DNA of 64,000 bases from Eledone cirrhosa (GCA_964016885.1 OZ024756.1:9052001-9116000), one strand, 5' to 3'; shown: positions 1-12,114, counted from the first letter of the stretch. Numbers and translations: made by a program. Notes: generated by a model from the sequence alone, not told the origin.

Positions 1-232
1 TACTTTAAGAATAAAATGATTTAATTTTAAGGTTTGAAGTTTAAGTATTGCGCGTATGTAAACGATTTATAGAAGTCTCTCAAACCATTGTGAAATGCAC
101 GGTTTTCCTGCCTGCATAAATTAATGAGGACTAGCTGTCATGGCGGGTTATTTATGTCTGTTTCAATACTTTAAAATCTACTTTAAAATCTTTAAACTGA
201 TGCTTCAGATTTTTTCAGAATTATAGCAATAA

Positions 233-575
233 TAATTGTTTCTACTTTTGGCACAAGGCCAGCAATTATCCCAGTACATTACTGGTACTTTATTTTATCG
301 ACCCCGTAAGGATGAAAGGCAAAGTTAACCTCGGCGGGATTTCAACTCAGAATGGCAAGGGCCGTAACTCTATGCTGCAAAGCATGGTGTCCATGGCAAT
401 AATAATGTTTCTACGTTTGGCACAAGGCCAGCAATTACCCCAGTGCATTACTGGTGCTTTATTGTATCGACCCCATAAGGATGAAAGGCAAAGTTAACCT
501 TGGCAGGATTTGAACTAAAAATATAAAGGGCCATAACTCTATGCTGCAAAGCATTTTTTTCGACGCTTTACCGCC
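233..575 (-). mobile_element. Two tandem copies of a tRNA-derived SINE (Meta-domain-like family)
   Basis: Reverse complement of the family at 2405-2593, with B-box-like GAGTT(C/G)AAATCC, core GCCTTTCATCCTTA(C/T)GGGGTCGAT and tail GGCCTTGTGCC..GTAGAAAC. Confidence 0.85.
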
Positions 576-578
576 CTT

Positions 579-672
579 AATAATAATAATAATAATAATT
601 TGAAGAAGAAGAAGAAGAAGAAGAAGAAGAAGAAGAAGAAGAAGAGCAAGAAGAAGAAGAAGAAGAAGAAGG
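579..672. repeat. (TAA)n/(GAA)n microsatellite
   Basis: Direct reading. Confidence 0.95.
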
Positions 673-689
673 TCCGGGAAGGGAAGAAA

Positions 690-1083
690 GCTAGAGAGAA
701 AATATGAACTTTCATCTGGAGAAGTTCTAATATCATCAAAGAAAACTCTAAAACAAAAAGTCCAAGTAAAAGCTCAAAGAATTCGTAAATTCGAGAAGCG
801 AAACAACTTCTACAGACAAAATAAGTTGTTCACATCCAATGACAAGTCATTCTAAAGGGAATGAGAAAATACTTATTGAAGACCCTCCTTCCATGGAGGT
901 ATGTGGAATTACCTTCTTCCAAAGAACAATGAAACTAAAGATAAAAAAAACTATCGGCCCATAACCTGCTTGGCCACCATAAAATATTAACCTCTATTCT
1001 CATGGAGAAAGCATGTGTTTATGGAGGAGAACAATCTTTTCTACATTGAACAAAAAGGGTGCCGACGAGGTTCGTATGGTTGT
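690..1083 (+). mobile_element. Degenerate R4/Dong-like non-LTR retrotransposon RT fragment
   Basis: Broken frames read KQKVQVKAQRIRKFEKRNNFYRQNKLF, NYRPITCLAT and EQKGCRRGSYGC, typical of RLE-type LINE RT N-terminal motifs. Confidence 0.7.
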
Positions 1084-1369
1084 GCACCCGTTACTCCCGA
1101 GATCGTAGGTGTGACATATTGATATACGGCGTTTCTAGGGCGTTTTTTTAAACCTAGTGGAGCCCGTCAATTATGAACTTATGAAACTGAAAAAAAAAAG
1201 AGAGAAAAGACCCTTTATATACTACACCCACAAAAATACATGGACTGTTCCAGAAAATAACCGCTTATGTCGTGTGATTTCATTATATAAATTTGAAAAC
1301 TTCTTTGCCCACTTATTACTGGGTGGGTCGTGGGAGCAGAGTCCTCATCAGACAAACCTTCCAGAGGAT

Positions 1370-1504
1370 TTCTTCTTCTTCTTCTTCTTCTTCTTCTTCT
1401 TCTTCTTCTTCTTCTTCTTCTTCTTCTTCTTCTTCGTCTTCTTCTTCTTCTTCTGCTTCTTCTTCTTCTTCTTCTTCTTCTTCTTCTTCTTCTTCTCCTT
1501 CTTC
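1370..1504. repeat. (TTC)n microsatellite, at the 3' end of the adjacent minus-strand RTE fragment
   Basis: Direct reading; source of the poly-F/S/E/L ORFs. Confidence 0.95.
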
Positions 1505-2404
1505 AGAGGGTCGTGGCAGCAGAGTCCTCAAACACTCCCACTAGTGGGTCCTGTCAGAAGCAACCGTCTCCAACTGATCACGCTGGATCCCCAAGCGAGA
1601 CCAGCCAAGCTCATGGATGTTATCCAACCATATTGCTCGGGGTCTATCCCTGGCTCTCTTGCCGGTTGGTTTTGCTCATAAAATCTGTCCAGCAATTCTT
1701 TCCTGAGACATTCTAACCCCATGACCATAGTATCGGAACTGTGATCTCTCAATTCGCACTTTATCGAGAACTCTATCGAGTAACGTTACTCCAAAGACCC
1801 TTCGGAGGAATCCCATTTCGACCACTTGTATTCGAATCGTACTCTTTTGGTCATTACCCAAATAAGGGTTGGCACGAAAACCAAATTGAAGATAGTAAGT
1901 TTCTCTTTTACACCTACCTCCCTTCTTCTGATTACTGAATGCCGAAGCTGGCGCATTACTGCATCAGCTTTTACAATTCTTGCACTTAATTCAGCCTCCT
2001 GCCTTCCATCACTCGTGAAGACGCCCCCGAGATTCTTGAACTTCTCTACCTACTTCAGTGGAACTCCATTCACATGTAGAGTGCACTGAGTAGGCTTCCT
2101 TGAGAGGACGACTGTCTCAGTTTTGGATGCACTGATTTTAATTCCAGCGATGCAGCACTCAGCATCAAACCTATCAAGTGCAATTCGAAGATCATCTTCT
2201 GTCAAGTTAAGTAACACCATGTCGTCTGCAAATTCCAGCCGACTAATTTTACATCCGCCAGTCATGATACCACTGCCAACGTGGCTGCGCATGTCAATCC
2301 TGTTCATTTAAATACTGAACAGGAGAGGTGACAGTCGGCACCCCTGTCAGAGTCCGACTGCCATATTGAATGGTTTTGATTTAGCGCCATTTATCCGAAC
2401 ACCC
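1505..2404 (-). mobile_element. 5'-truncated RTE-clade LINE (RT C-terminal half), inactive
   Basis: QGCRLSPLLF, RLEFADDMVLL, KISASKTE, VEMGFLRRV and RYYGHGVRM motifs with stops and frameshifts. A short duplicate of its 3' end lies at about 1300-1350. Confidence 0.85.
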
Positions 2405-2593
2405 GGCGGTGGATTGGCAGTATCGGTAGAGGGTCGGACGCCATGCTTTCCAGCATAGTTACGTCCCTTTATGATCTGAGTTCAAATCCCGCCGAGGTTG
2501 ACTTTGCCTTTCATCCTTACGGGGTCGATAAAATAAAGTACCAGTAATGCACTGGGTAATTGCTGGCCTTGTGCCTAAAGTAGAAACAATTAT
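2405..2593 (+). mobile_element. Full-length tRNA-derived SINE (Meta-domain-like)
   Basis: A-box-like TGGCAGTATCGGTAGAG, B-box GAGTTCAAATCCC, core GCCTTTCATCCTTACGGGGTCGATAAAATAAAGTACCAG; many copies in the window. Confidence 0.88.
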
Positions 2594-3149
2594 CTATTGA
2601 AATTTCATCATAGTTGTGAATCTACATATGTATTATAAAACATATTTTTAATGTTTATTAAACTTTATTAAGAATATTTTTTTTATCTAATTAACTTCCG
2701 AACTAACAATTAGGAATAAATCCCTAAAGTATGTTAGCTGTAAATATTTTGCAAGTATTTCTGGTTGAGTTACATTTCTGGTGTAGTAGGGATGGTGGAA
2801 AAATGTTATCAAACCGAAACAGCTTAAATATTTCTTCAGGCTTTTACAAAAAAAAAAATTAAAAAAATATTTTCCACAGGGATTAAAAGCGGAACGCGTA
2901 ATTTTACCTCTTAACGTAATTATTATTTTTATTATTATTTTTACTGTAGGTTTATTTTGTGTATATGGGGGAGGGGATAGTTACTAAGTAGAAAGTTTGT
3001 ATATATTTTAGGGGTGGGGAAATAGGAAGTTGATTTCTTTAAAGTTGTAGTACAAGTTTCAGTTTGCGAGGACCACACCGATTGATTAACGGCACTCGTC
3101 ATACACAGGAAGTAAAAACACTTATTTATGTCTATTAAATAAACACAAG

Positions 3150-3440
3150 ATGGCGAAGTGAAGAGTCGTTAGAGCGTCCGATGGAATGTTTTATCATACT
3201 CCTTCGTTCTCACTCTCTACACTCTGAGTTCAAATCCCACCGAGGTCAGCTTTGCCTTTCATCTTTTCGATGTCGATAAAAAATTCTCACTCTCTCTCTC
3301 TCTATCTCTCTATCTATCTATCTATCTCTCTCTCTGGAAGATATCAGCTATGTTAAGACCTAAGGATAGGCTCTGCCAGGTTTGAAATACCCAAGACACT
3401 CTGTATGTCACTACGGTGCCCTTTACGACTCTTCCAGGAT
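3150..3440 (+). mobile_element. Diverged SINE with internal (CT)n tract; relative at 15690-16085
   Basis: B-box GAGTTCAAATCCC and GCCTTTCATC core, plus a shared downstream segment GGCTC(T/C)GCCAGGTTT...GTATGTCA...TACGACTC. Confidence 0.6.
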
Positions 3441-3461
3441 TTAAGTGCGCGCGCGCGCACG

Positions 3462-3498
<37 letters not shown>

Positions 3499-3655
3499 GG
3501 GAAAAGAGGCTGAGCTCCGGCGGTTTCGACGAAACGGTTTGGTCGAAACGGCCGGAGCTCAGCCGTTGGGGTCCTGACTCTTTTCCTATTACCCACTCTA
3601 CTACCCTAAGTATTGAGTACTCTGGTGCGTTATGGTCCACCTGGTATCTTACCAC

Positions 3656-3696
<41 letters not shown>

Positions 3697-3919
3697 AAAG
3701 TGTGAAATCCTTGGTACAATTAGGTAAACTTTCTGGAAAGAGTTAATCAGGATTTTTAAGAAAAACTCTCCACCGAAGTTAACAAAGGATTTATTAGATC
3801 TACATAGCAAAATTATAAAATTATTGAATCGTAAAATTATGAAATTAAATTGTAATAGAATACCAACTACAAATGAAGTCATTCTTTTCCTTTTTTCATA
3901 CATATATACATACATACAT

Positions 3920-4530
3920 GGTGGCTGCCAACTCGTTTTCGAGTACGGCCACTACTTCATATCCATGTAGGAGAACCCCTACCGATGCGCTGAACGAGTG
4001 TGTCTTTTTAGTCCAGCCAGCGACTTGAAAACTCTGGTACAAACACTACACTTGTGACAATTATTGACACATAGTGCTGGGCCCATGGTACCATGTGATG
4101 ACAAGTGCAGAGAGATCTCCAGATATAAAGCAATGCCTGTGCCCTGAAGCTTTTATAGTGAGCAAAGGCACTGTACAAAGCCAGTCCCACTCTCTTAACC
4201 AAGATGATATTTACCAAAAAGAAGAACAAGTCAACATCATTGGATACCATCAGGGTTGCAGGTGTTATATCAGAGTTTTCCTTCTCCTAGAATTTTGCCT
4301 TGACAAAGGCTAAGGGGTCATCTCTCCCGGTGATTTTGGATGGCCATTGACTCTTAAGAGCTCCTTTGCTCTTTGACAGGTTTTGTTTTTATTCCTGCAG
4401 GATGTCCAAAGTCACCTTCCTCACCAAGAAACTTTGGTGGGGTTTGCCAGTTTAGTCGCCAACGACCCGACCATGAGACAGGTTGTACTGGGATACATGT
4501 TACCAGTAGCACCAACTGGTGACCTGACAT
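3920..4530 (-). mobile_element. Probable degenerate 5' part of an RTE-like LINE
   Basis: GC-richer block between microsatellites; weak resemblance to RTE 5'UTR/endonuclease sequence only. Confidence 0.35.
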
Positions 4531-4532
4531 AA

Positions 4533-4565
<33 letters not shown>

Positions 4566-4589
4566 TATATACATATATAAATGTAAAAC

Positions 4590-5228
4590 AAAGATCGAAG
4601 ATGTAAGCCACATTGTTGCTTGCCAACTGCCCAAGAATGTCATCTCGCTACTACCTCCCCATGAGACACGATGGGATAGCTAGAACCATCTGGAACGCAC
4701 TTCAGAAAACAAAATTAAAAACAAACGAGGAAGAATATATTGAGACAGATGGCACTAAAGAACACTGGTGGAACCTGAAAATAAAAACTGCCACCAAATT
4801 AAAGCACAACCGGCCTGATATTGTTGTTTGGGACCACACACTGAAAACGTGCTCTGTAGTGGAGATCAGCTGCCCACTTGATGTAAACGTTGTCGGAAAA
4901 ATACAGGAGAAGGAGGACATCTACGGACCATTGATGAGGAGTTTACAAATGCAGTATCCAAGATACACCTTTAGCTTCATACCCATCATTATTGGTGCTA
5001 CGGGTTATATACCAACCCGCTTGAACCAAAGTATGACTGAACTTGGATTTGCGGACAAAGAGCGCAGCTCCCTAATTCATAGTCTACAAATAGCTGCGAT
5101 AGTTGGCACCTTCAAAATTTGCAAAACATTCTTGCGATTCAAGGGATGACAATTTCTTTTCTTTTACAACCTTGCCACCAGGAAGGTGGCCGGTCAAAAA
5201 TATACTCGAAATTAAGAGAAAGAGATAA
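4590..5228 (+). mobile_element. 3' fragment of an R4/Dong-like LINE encoding a restriction-like endonuclease
   Basis: End of a zinc knuckle (EDVSH...CPRMS), RHD, HNRPDIVVWD, VEISCP, KEDIY and PIIIGATG. Confidence 0.88.
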
Positions 5229-5375
5229 ACATACATAAATACAAATTATAATAATAATAGCGAATGTGTGTATTTTTCTATTTGTCCGTCACGCACTGAA
5301 AGGTGACAAATTGTAGACCAACGTTCTAAGATGCGTGACACTTGTGTGAGTATATATAGCGAATTGGCTATTATT

Positions 5376-5478
<103 letters not shown>

Positions 5479-5639
5479 ATACTCGAGTAAGTGTGTGTGT
5501 TTCTGAGTTTATATTTATATACTCATACATATAAATCTATACATATACACACCAAGATATCCTGGTTATCTCTTAGTTGCGGATAGTTTTTTCATGAACA
5601 AATTTGTAATAAAGAATTGTTAAACTAAAAACTTGGCTT

Positions 5640-5993
5640 TCCACTCTTTTTATAAATAAAATACTACAATGCCGCTGACAGGTTTTAATGAGACATAACC
5701 GTAAACATGAGATTACAAATAGAAAGAGAAAAAAATTACACACAAACCAAAGGCAGGAGAAAGGGGTGGACAAACGAACCGCTGTCAGAACAAAAGGTAA
5801 AAATTTTGCGAGGAGCAGTGGGAAACCTCTCTAATAATTTTTAGCCGTCATTTTTGACGGCACGGGACACCTAGTAAATATATAAACAAGATGTTGTTGT
5901 TGTTCTATCAATGAAGTTATTATTGTAATTCTTTCAATATTGTACTGTTGTGGAGAACTCTTTATAACTGAAAAAACAATTCTTTTATTTTAG
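5640..5993 (+). promoter_or_regulatory. Candidate protocadherin promoter, 5'UTR exon (donor AAG|GTAAAA at 5796/5797) and short intron to the acceptor at 5993
   Basis: Unique sequence with TATAAA near 5650; acceptor TCTTTTATTTTAG ends at 5993, 27 nt before the ATG. The donor choice is inferred. Confidence 0.4.
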
Positions 5994-6020
5994 GTTTGCG
6001 GTTCAAGTATCTGATTGAAT

Positions 6021-8708
6021 ATGTTAAACTGGAAGCTGTTGATGTTTGTGATGTTGTTTGGCGCATCTAGTTGTGAAGATCTCATCTACACTGTCACAGA
6101 AGGAAGAAAACCAGGAACTTATATTGGAAACATAGCTTTAGATATGAATTTCATAAAGAATATCGATACTCAGAGAGTAAACTTGAGATATCTCCAACTA
6201 AAACCAGCACATTCCACTGGACACCAACAACTGTTTAAGGTTAATGAGAAAACTGGTCAATTCCATACGGCACAGGTAATTGATGCTGAGTCAGTGTGTA
6301 GACAAGGGACAGAATGTTCCCAAACGATTGATGTCATTGTTCAGGATGGAGGAACTCTGTTGAAAATATTGAAAATTAAAATTATCATTGAAGATATCAA
6401 CGATAACAAACCGACATTTCCCAGTAGAAATATCCATTTATATTTTTCTGAAGGTGGAAACGCAATAAGAAAATCAATTCCTAATGCTATCGATCGAGAT
6501 ATTAGTGAAGATAATTCTAAGATCAGTTATTATCTTCAATCAAACGTTGATGAACCATTTTCTTTGAGTGTCACAGAACGAATTGATGGAACATCGGAGT
6601 TAAGTATCAGCGTGAATGAAAAACTCAACCGTGAAGTTCGAAGTACTTATCTTTTGGAAGTTATTGCTAGAGATGGTGGACAACCGACTCAAGAAACTAT
6701 ATTGTTTGTCAATATTTCAGTGACGGATTTAAACGACAATTCACCGGTATTCACACAAAGTATATACAATGTGACAATCCAAAATGAATTAAGTGAACAG
6801 ACACCCATAATTACTGTGTCTGCAACTGATGCCGATTCAAATGATAATGGGAAAGTCTTTTATCGATTTAGTTCAAGAACATCAGAAATGGCACTTTCTC
6901 ATTTTCGACTGAACGAAACTTCGGGAGAAATATTCTTTCATCAAATATTTACTTCTAGTGAAAAAAATACATATAAATTGTTTGTTGAAGCTTATGATGG
7001 TGCCACCTCACCTTTAAGTGCCTTAGGAATGGTACAAGTTAATATCAAATATACAACGAATAACCCTCCAGAAATAAGAATTAATTTTGTGTCTTCTGTA
7101 ACGCCAAATACGGCGATTGTGACTGAGCGAATCAGCGAGGGTAGTTTTATTGCTTACGTTCAAGTTTTTGACCACGATGTAGGAAATAATGGACAGGTGA
7201 GTTGTGAATTAAAACATGATCATTTCCAACTGCAGAGTCTTGGATCAACAGACTATAAAGTTATCGTAAAGAAAAAAGTGGACAGGGAATCAAAAGACAA
7301 TTTCAATGTCACTATCACGTGTCAGGATAAAGGTAACCCACCCCTGTTCACCTATTATTCTTTCTTGATTGAAATATCAGATGTCAACGACAATCCTCCA
7401 GTGTTTGAAAAGTCTTCATATGCCACTTCATTCTTTGAAAATAATGTTATAGGTTTATCAATTGCGAAAGTGTTGGCCCACGATAAAGACAGTGATAAAA
7501 ATGCTCAAATTACTTACTTCCTTCAGTCTGATTTACCATTTAGCATTAGTAAACTGTCGGGTATGGTAAGAGCAAAAGCTTCTTTTGATCGAGAAGCGAG
7601 CTCTTTTCTAACTTTCCCCATATTCGCGAAAGATCAAGGATATCCACAACTAACAGGTAGTACTACTCTTACCGTTTCTATTCTCGATGTTAATGACATA
7701 GCACCCGAATTCTCACAACGAACTTTCGAATTTTCAACTTATGAAAACCAACAACCAAATTTTCCCGTTGGATTTATAAATGCTACAGATGCTGACCAGG
7801 GTTTAAATAGTCAGCTTACTTATTCACTGATCAGAAGCAGAGGCAATGTTCTCCCTTTTCAAATTACTAACGACGGCTTTCTATCAGTCGTTCAGGTTCT
7901 AGATCGTGAACTCCAATCAGAATATCACTTTAAAGTAATGGTCAGAGACAAAGGAACGCCTAGTTTAAACAATTCAGTGGAAGTGTGTGTAAAAGTTATC
8001 GACGAAAACGACAACATCCCGGAGTTTGTATTCCCGAGTGGAAACAATTTCAGCATGACTGTCTATTACCAACGTTATACAAATAAAGAAATCAGTGTTG
8101 TACAGGCGCATGACAACGATGTTGGCAAAAACGCTGTTCTTCGTTACAACATCATTGGAGGGAACGATAAAAAACTATTCGACATAGATAAAATTAAAGG
8201 ATCGATATATTTCGCCCGTGCTGCAACTGCACAAGACTCTGGTTTATACAAACTACATCTGGTAGTGTTTGATTCTGGCGAGCCTATGAACTCGGCTGAA
8301 TCTAATCTTTCGTTGAGCGTCATAGTTAATAATGATACGGCATTACTGCACGATGGTTTAAAACCTTATATGGGAATCACACTACAACACAATCTCCTTA
8401 TTGTTATTGTATTAACAGGTATAACCGTTTTAGTAGCTTTTATAGTCATTACCACTATTTGCGTGATTCGAAGAAACGATATTAGAAATGCCACCATCAA
8501 TACACCAGTTTCCAATAATAGTGATCGAACACAGACTTTGTCAAAACAATTTACTTTCAATTCTGATCCCACTTTAAGGGTACCAAAAGACAGTGATCGG
8601 CGAAATCGATATAATTATCCGACAGTACCAGATGATCTGGGACTTCGATGTAATACTTCAGCCATTTCTGATAATTCTAATCTGTCAACAGGAGTCAATA
8701 AAGCACAG
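6021..8708 (+). CDS. Protocadherin coding exon 1: signal peptide, 7 cadherin repeats, transmembrane helix, proximal cytoplasmic region
   Basis: ATG at 6021 (the track starts at an upstream TTG). Hydrophobic leader; EC1 C-X5-C (CRQGTEC); linkers DINDN, DLNDN, YTTNN, DVNDN, DVNDI, DENDN; DRE and AxDxD motifs; TM LLIVIVLTGITVLVAFIVITTICVI. Donor CAG|GTAAGT at 8708/8709, phase 0. Confidence 0.96.
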
Positions 8709-9243
8709 GTAAGTCTTTAATATACACCTATATATATTATAAAGATTACCAGCTAACTAACTCTTTCCTTACCTTCATCTTACCGTCCATTTTGCATTGT
8801 TTAGCCTTATATAACTTTTCACATTACATCATACTAGCAGAAAACCATCCACCCTTCGGGTGGTTTTCTGATAGCATGTGTAGTGTGTATATTGATATTA
8901 TACACAAATATACATACATATAGAGATACGATACATCAAATAAAATCGTAATTGACAATGTACACAGAAATTGAAGAGAGACTGTGTTACACTGTCTTCT
9001 GTAGCCAGTAAAGTAATCCATGATACATTTACAAAAGACGATATTATATATAAACTGCATGAGGGTGAAATGTAATGAAAACGAAAAAGGAGAAAATTAG
9101 CGACAGAAATATAAATGTTTGATATAACGATGCAAATATATGAATGTGATATAATATAGCGTCCATTATATCATAACCGGAAGTATTGACATTTGAACAT
9201 TTTTAAAGAAGTGAATGTTAAAATAAGCAATCATTATATATAG

Positions 9244-9431
9244 CGGTGGATTGGCAGTATCGGTAGAGGGTCGGACGCCATGCTTTGACGTATAGAGTTA
9301 CGGCCCTTTCCATTCTGAGTTCAAATCCCGCCGACGTTAACTTTGCCTTTCATCCTTACGGGGTCGATAAAATAAAGTACCAGTAATGTACTGGGTAATT
9401 GCTGGCCTTGTGCCTAACGTAGAAACAATTA
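9244..9431 (+). mobile_element. Full-length tRNA-derived SINE (same family as 2405-2593)
   Basis: Near-identical to 2405-2593. Confidence 0.88.
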
Positions 9432-9621
9432 TATATAGAATAATTAAGTTTAATCAACAGTTACGAAATTTAGAAGATACATTATGTAATATTCCTTATT
9501 TATTGAAAGTAATCCAACTTATTTTACTAATGGATTAAACAAATATATTGAGAACACAACCAATCCTCCATTTATTATATTATGATATTATATACATTGC
9601 TTCAAGCAAGCTACATTTTAT

Positions 9622-9750
9622 ATGTTGGTGTATGTGTTGGTATATATACATGTGTGTGTGTGTTGGTATATATACATGTGTGTGTGTGTTGGTATATATA
9701 CATGTGTGTGTGTGTTGGTATATATACATGTGTGTGTGTGTTGGTATATA

Positions 9751-9781
<31 letters not shown>

Positions 9782-10421
9782 TGGTATATATACATGTGTG
9801 TGTGTTGGTATATATACATGTGTGTGTGTTGGTATATATACATGTGTGTGTATTGGTATATATACATGTGTATGTGTTGGTATATATACATGTGTGTGTT
9901 GGTATATATACATGTGTATGTGTTGGTATATATACATGTGTGTGTGTGTTGGTATATGTACATGTGTATGTGTTGGTATATATACATGTGTGTGTGTGTT
10001 GGTATATATACATGTGTGTGTTGGTATATATACATGTGTGTGTGTGTTGGTATATATATACATGTGTATGTGTTGGTATATATACATGTGTGTGTTGGTA
10101 TATATACATGTGTATGTGTTGGTATATATACATGTGCGTGTGTGTTGGTATATATACATGTGTATGTGTTGGTATATATACATGTGTGTGTGTGTTGGTA
10201 TATATACATGTGTGTGTGTTGGTATATATACATGTGTGTGTGTGTTGGTATATATACATGTATATGTGTTGGTATATATACATGTGTATGTGTTGGTATA
10301 TACACATGTGTATGTGTTGGTATATATATACATGTGTGTGTGTGTGTTGGTATATATACATGTGTGTGTGTGTGTTGGTATATATACATGTGTGTGTGTT
10401 GGTATATATACATGTGTGTGT
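9622..10421. repeat. Minisatellite, unit about 24-30 bp (TGTTGGTATATATACA + (TG)n)
   Basis: About 30 copies; explains six overlapping low-complexity ORFs. Confidence 0.95.
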
Positions 10422-10660
10422 GCGCGCGCGCGTAATAAGGAAAATGTGAAGTTCGGTGTAGATGTTAAAGAGTCCTTTATAATAAAGCTGTGATAGATAT
10501 TTCAATGACGATCGTGGCTACGTGATCATTCAATCACGTGATCGGTCACGTGATCTCATCAGACAGCATCTATATGTAATAAGGTTACGTTTCCGAGGCA
10601 ATCAAATCTAAATACAAGGGAAATTATGTTTTCATAGCCGACATCCGTTCCCTTGTCATC

Positions 10661-10698
<38 letters not shown>

Positions 10699-10951
10699 AT
10701 AAATTAACGGAGGCATAGGCCGTCGTTATTCCCTGTAAATAATGTGCTCAAAGGGGAAGAGATCCTGAGCCCTTTAAAATATAATATGTTGAGAAGGTAA
10801 CACACACCAGAGAGAGATATATAGTGCGTTATGAATAATACAGGGAAAAAGCCACCAGTGTATGGAATCTATAACCTATGAAAGGCAGACTATAGACACG
10901 ATAATTAAAAATATAAATTAAAGCGTAAATAAATACCTCTATAACTATATA

Positions 10952-11030
10952 ACACACGTACATATCCAAAGATATGTTTCACCAGAAAATTTGTTGAAAG
11001 AAATGGTAGTCTCGTTTCATCAGCGTGTGT
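10952..11030 (-). ncRNA. Type I hammerhead ribozyme
   Basis: Minus strand: ACACACG-CUGAUGA-AACGAG...CUGGU-GAAA-CAUAUC-UUUG-GAUAUG-UA-CGUGUGU. Stem II has one mismatch relative to the plus copy. Confidence 0.75.
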
Positions 11031-11770
11031 AAGGCTATACATTTCAGACAACACTAAGAGAATTTTACAATTGACTGTCCAGCTACACGTGGGAGAGAGA
11101 AGTCACAGCGTGTTTAAGGGCAGTGAACCAGTGGCCTCTGAGAGACGAACTGCTAGAAAGGGCAGCCCAAAGCCACTCAGAGAAGAGTGCTCAACCAAAC
11201 AGAGATATGGAAAGGCTGTTGTTAGGAGCGAAATATCACGATAAATTAACGGAGGCATAGGCCGTCGTTATTCCCTGTAAATAATGTGCTCAAAGGGGAA
11301 GAGATCCTGAGCCCTTTAAAATATAATATGTATAATATCTCAGAGAGAGATATATAGTGCGTTATCAATAATACAGGGAAAAAACCACCAGTGTATGGAA
11401 TCTATAACCTATGAAAGGCAGACTATAGACACGATAATTAAAAATATAAATTAAAGCGTAAATAAATACCTCTATAACACACGTACATATCCAAAGATAT
11501 GTTTCACCAGAAAATTTGTTGAAAGAAATGGTAGTCTCGGCCTATGCCTCCGTTAATTTATCGTGATATTTCGCTCCTAACAACAGCCTTTCCTAACTCT
11601 GTTTGGTTGAGCACTCTTCTCTGAGTGGCTTTGGGCTGCCCTTTCTAGCAGTTCGTCTCTCAGAGGCCACTGGTTCACTGCCCTTAAACACGCTGTGACT
11701 TCTCTCTCCCACGTGTAGCTGGACAGTCAATTGTAAAATTCTCTTAGTGTTGTCTGAAATGTATAGCCTT

Positions 11771-11849
11771 ACACACGCTGATGAACCGAGACTACCATTT
11801 CTTTCAACAAATTTTCTGGTGAAACATATCTTTGGATATGTACGTGTGT
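11771..11849 (+). ncRNA. Type I hammerhead ribozyme, complete core
   Basis: Stem I ACACACG/CGTGTGT; CTGATGA 11778-11784; stem II ACC(G)AG/CTGGT; GAAA 11821-11824; stem III CATATC-TTTG-GATATG; GUA cleavage triplet ending at 11842. Confidence 0.85.
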
Positions 11850-12016
11850 TATATAGTTATAGAGGTATTTATTTACGCTTTAATTTATATTTTTAATTAT
11901 CGTGTCTATAGTCTGCCTTTCATAGGTTATAGATTCCATACACTGGTGGCTTTTTCCCTGTATTATTGATAACGCACTATATATCTCTCTCTGGACGTGT
12001 TACCTTCTCAACATAT

Positions 12017-12093
<77 letters not shown>

Positions 12094-12114
12094 ATGCATG
12101 TATATATATATATT

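Larger units (their letters stand above)
10691..12019. mobile_element. Hammerhead-bearing 542-bp repeat unit: one full copy, a partial tandem copy and an inverted copy (Penelope pLTR-like or retrozyme-like)
   Basis: 10691-11232 repeats from 11233 to 11539; 11539-12019 is the reverse complement of about 10781-11263. Both ends abut (AT)n tracts. Confidence 0.85.

Noticed and set aside
2405-2500. tRNA genes at SINE heads
   Set aside because: A and B boxes are present, but there is no intact cloverleaf and each head continues into a SINE body.
5670-5790. CGCT motifs resembling the vertebrate clustered-protocadherin promoter element
   Set aside because: Four-base matches are expected by chance, and cephalopod and vertebrate clusters arose independently.
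9548-10505. Six long Cys/Tyr/His-rich ORFs
   Set aside because: They are translations of a stop-poor minisatellite on both strands, with no splice or domain support.
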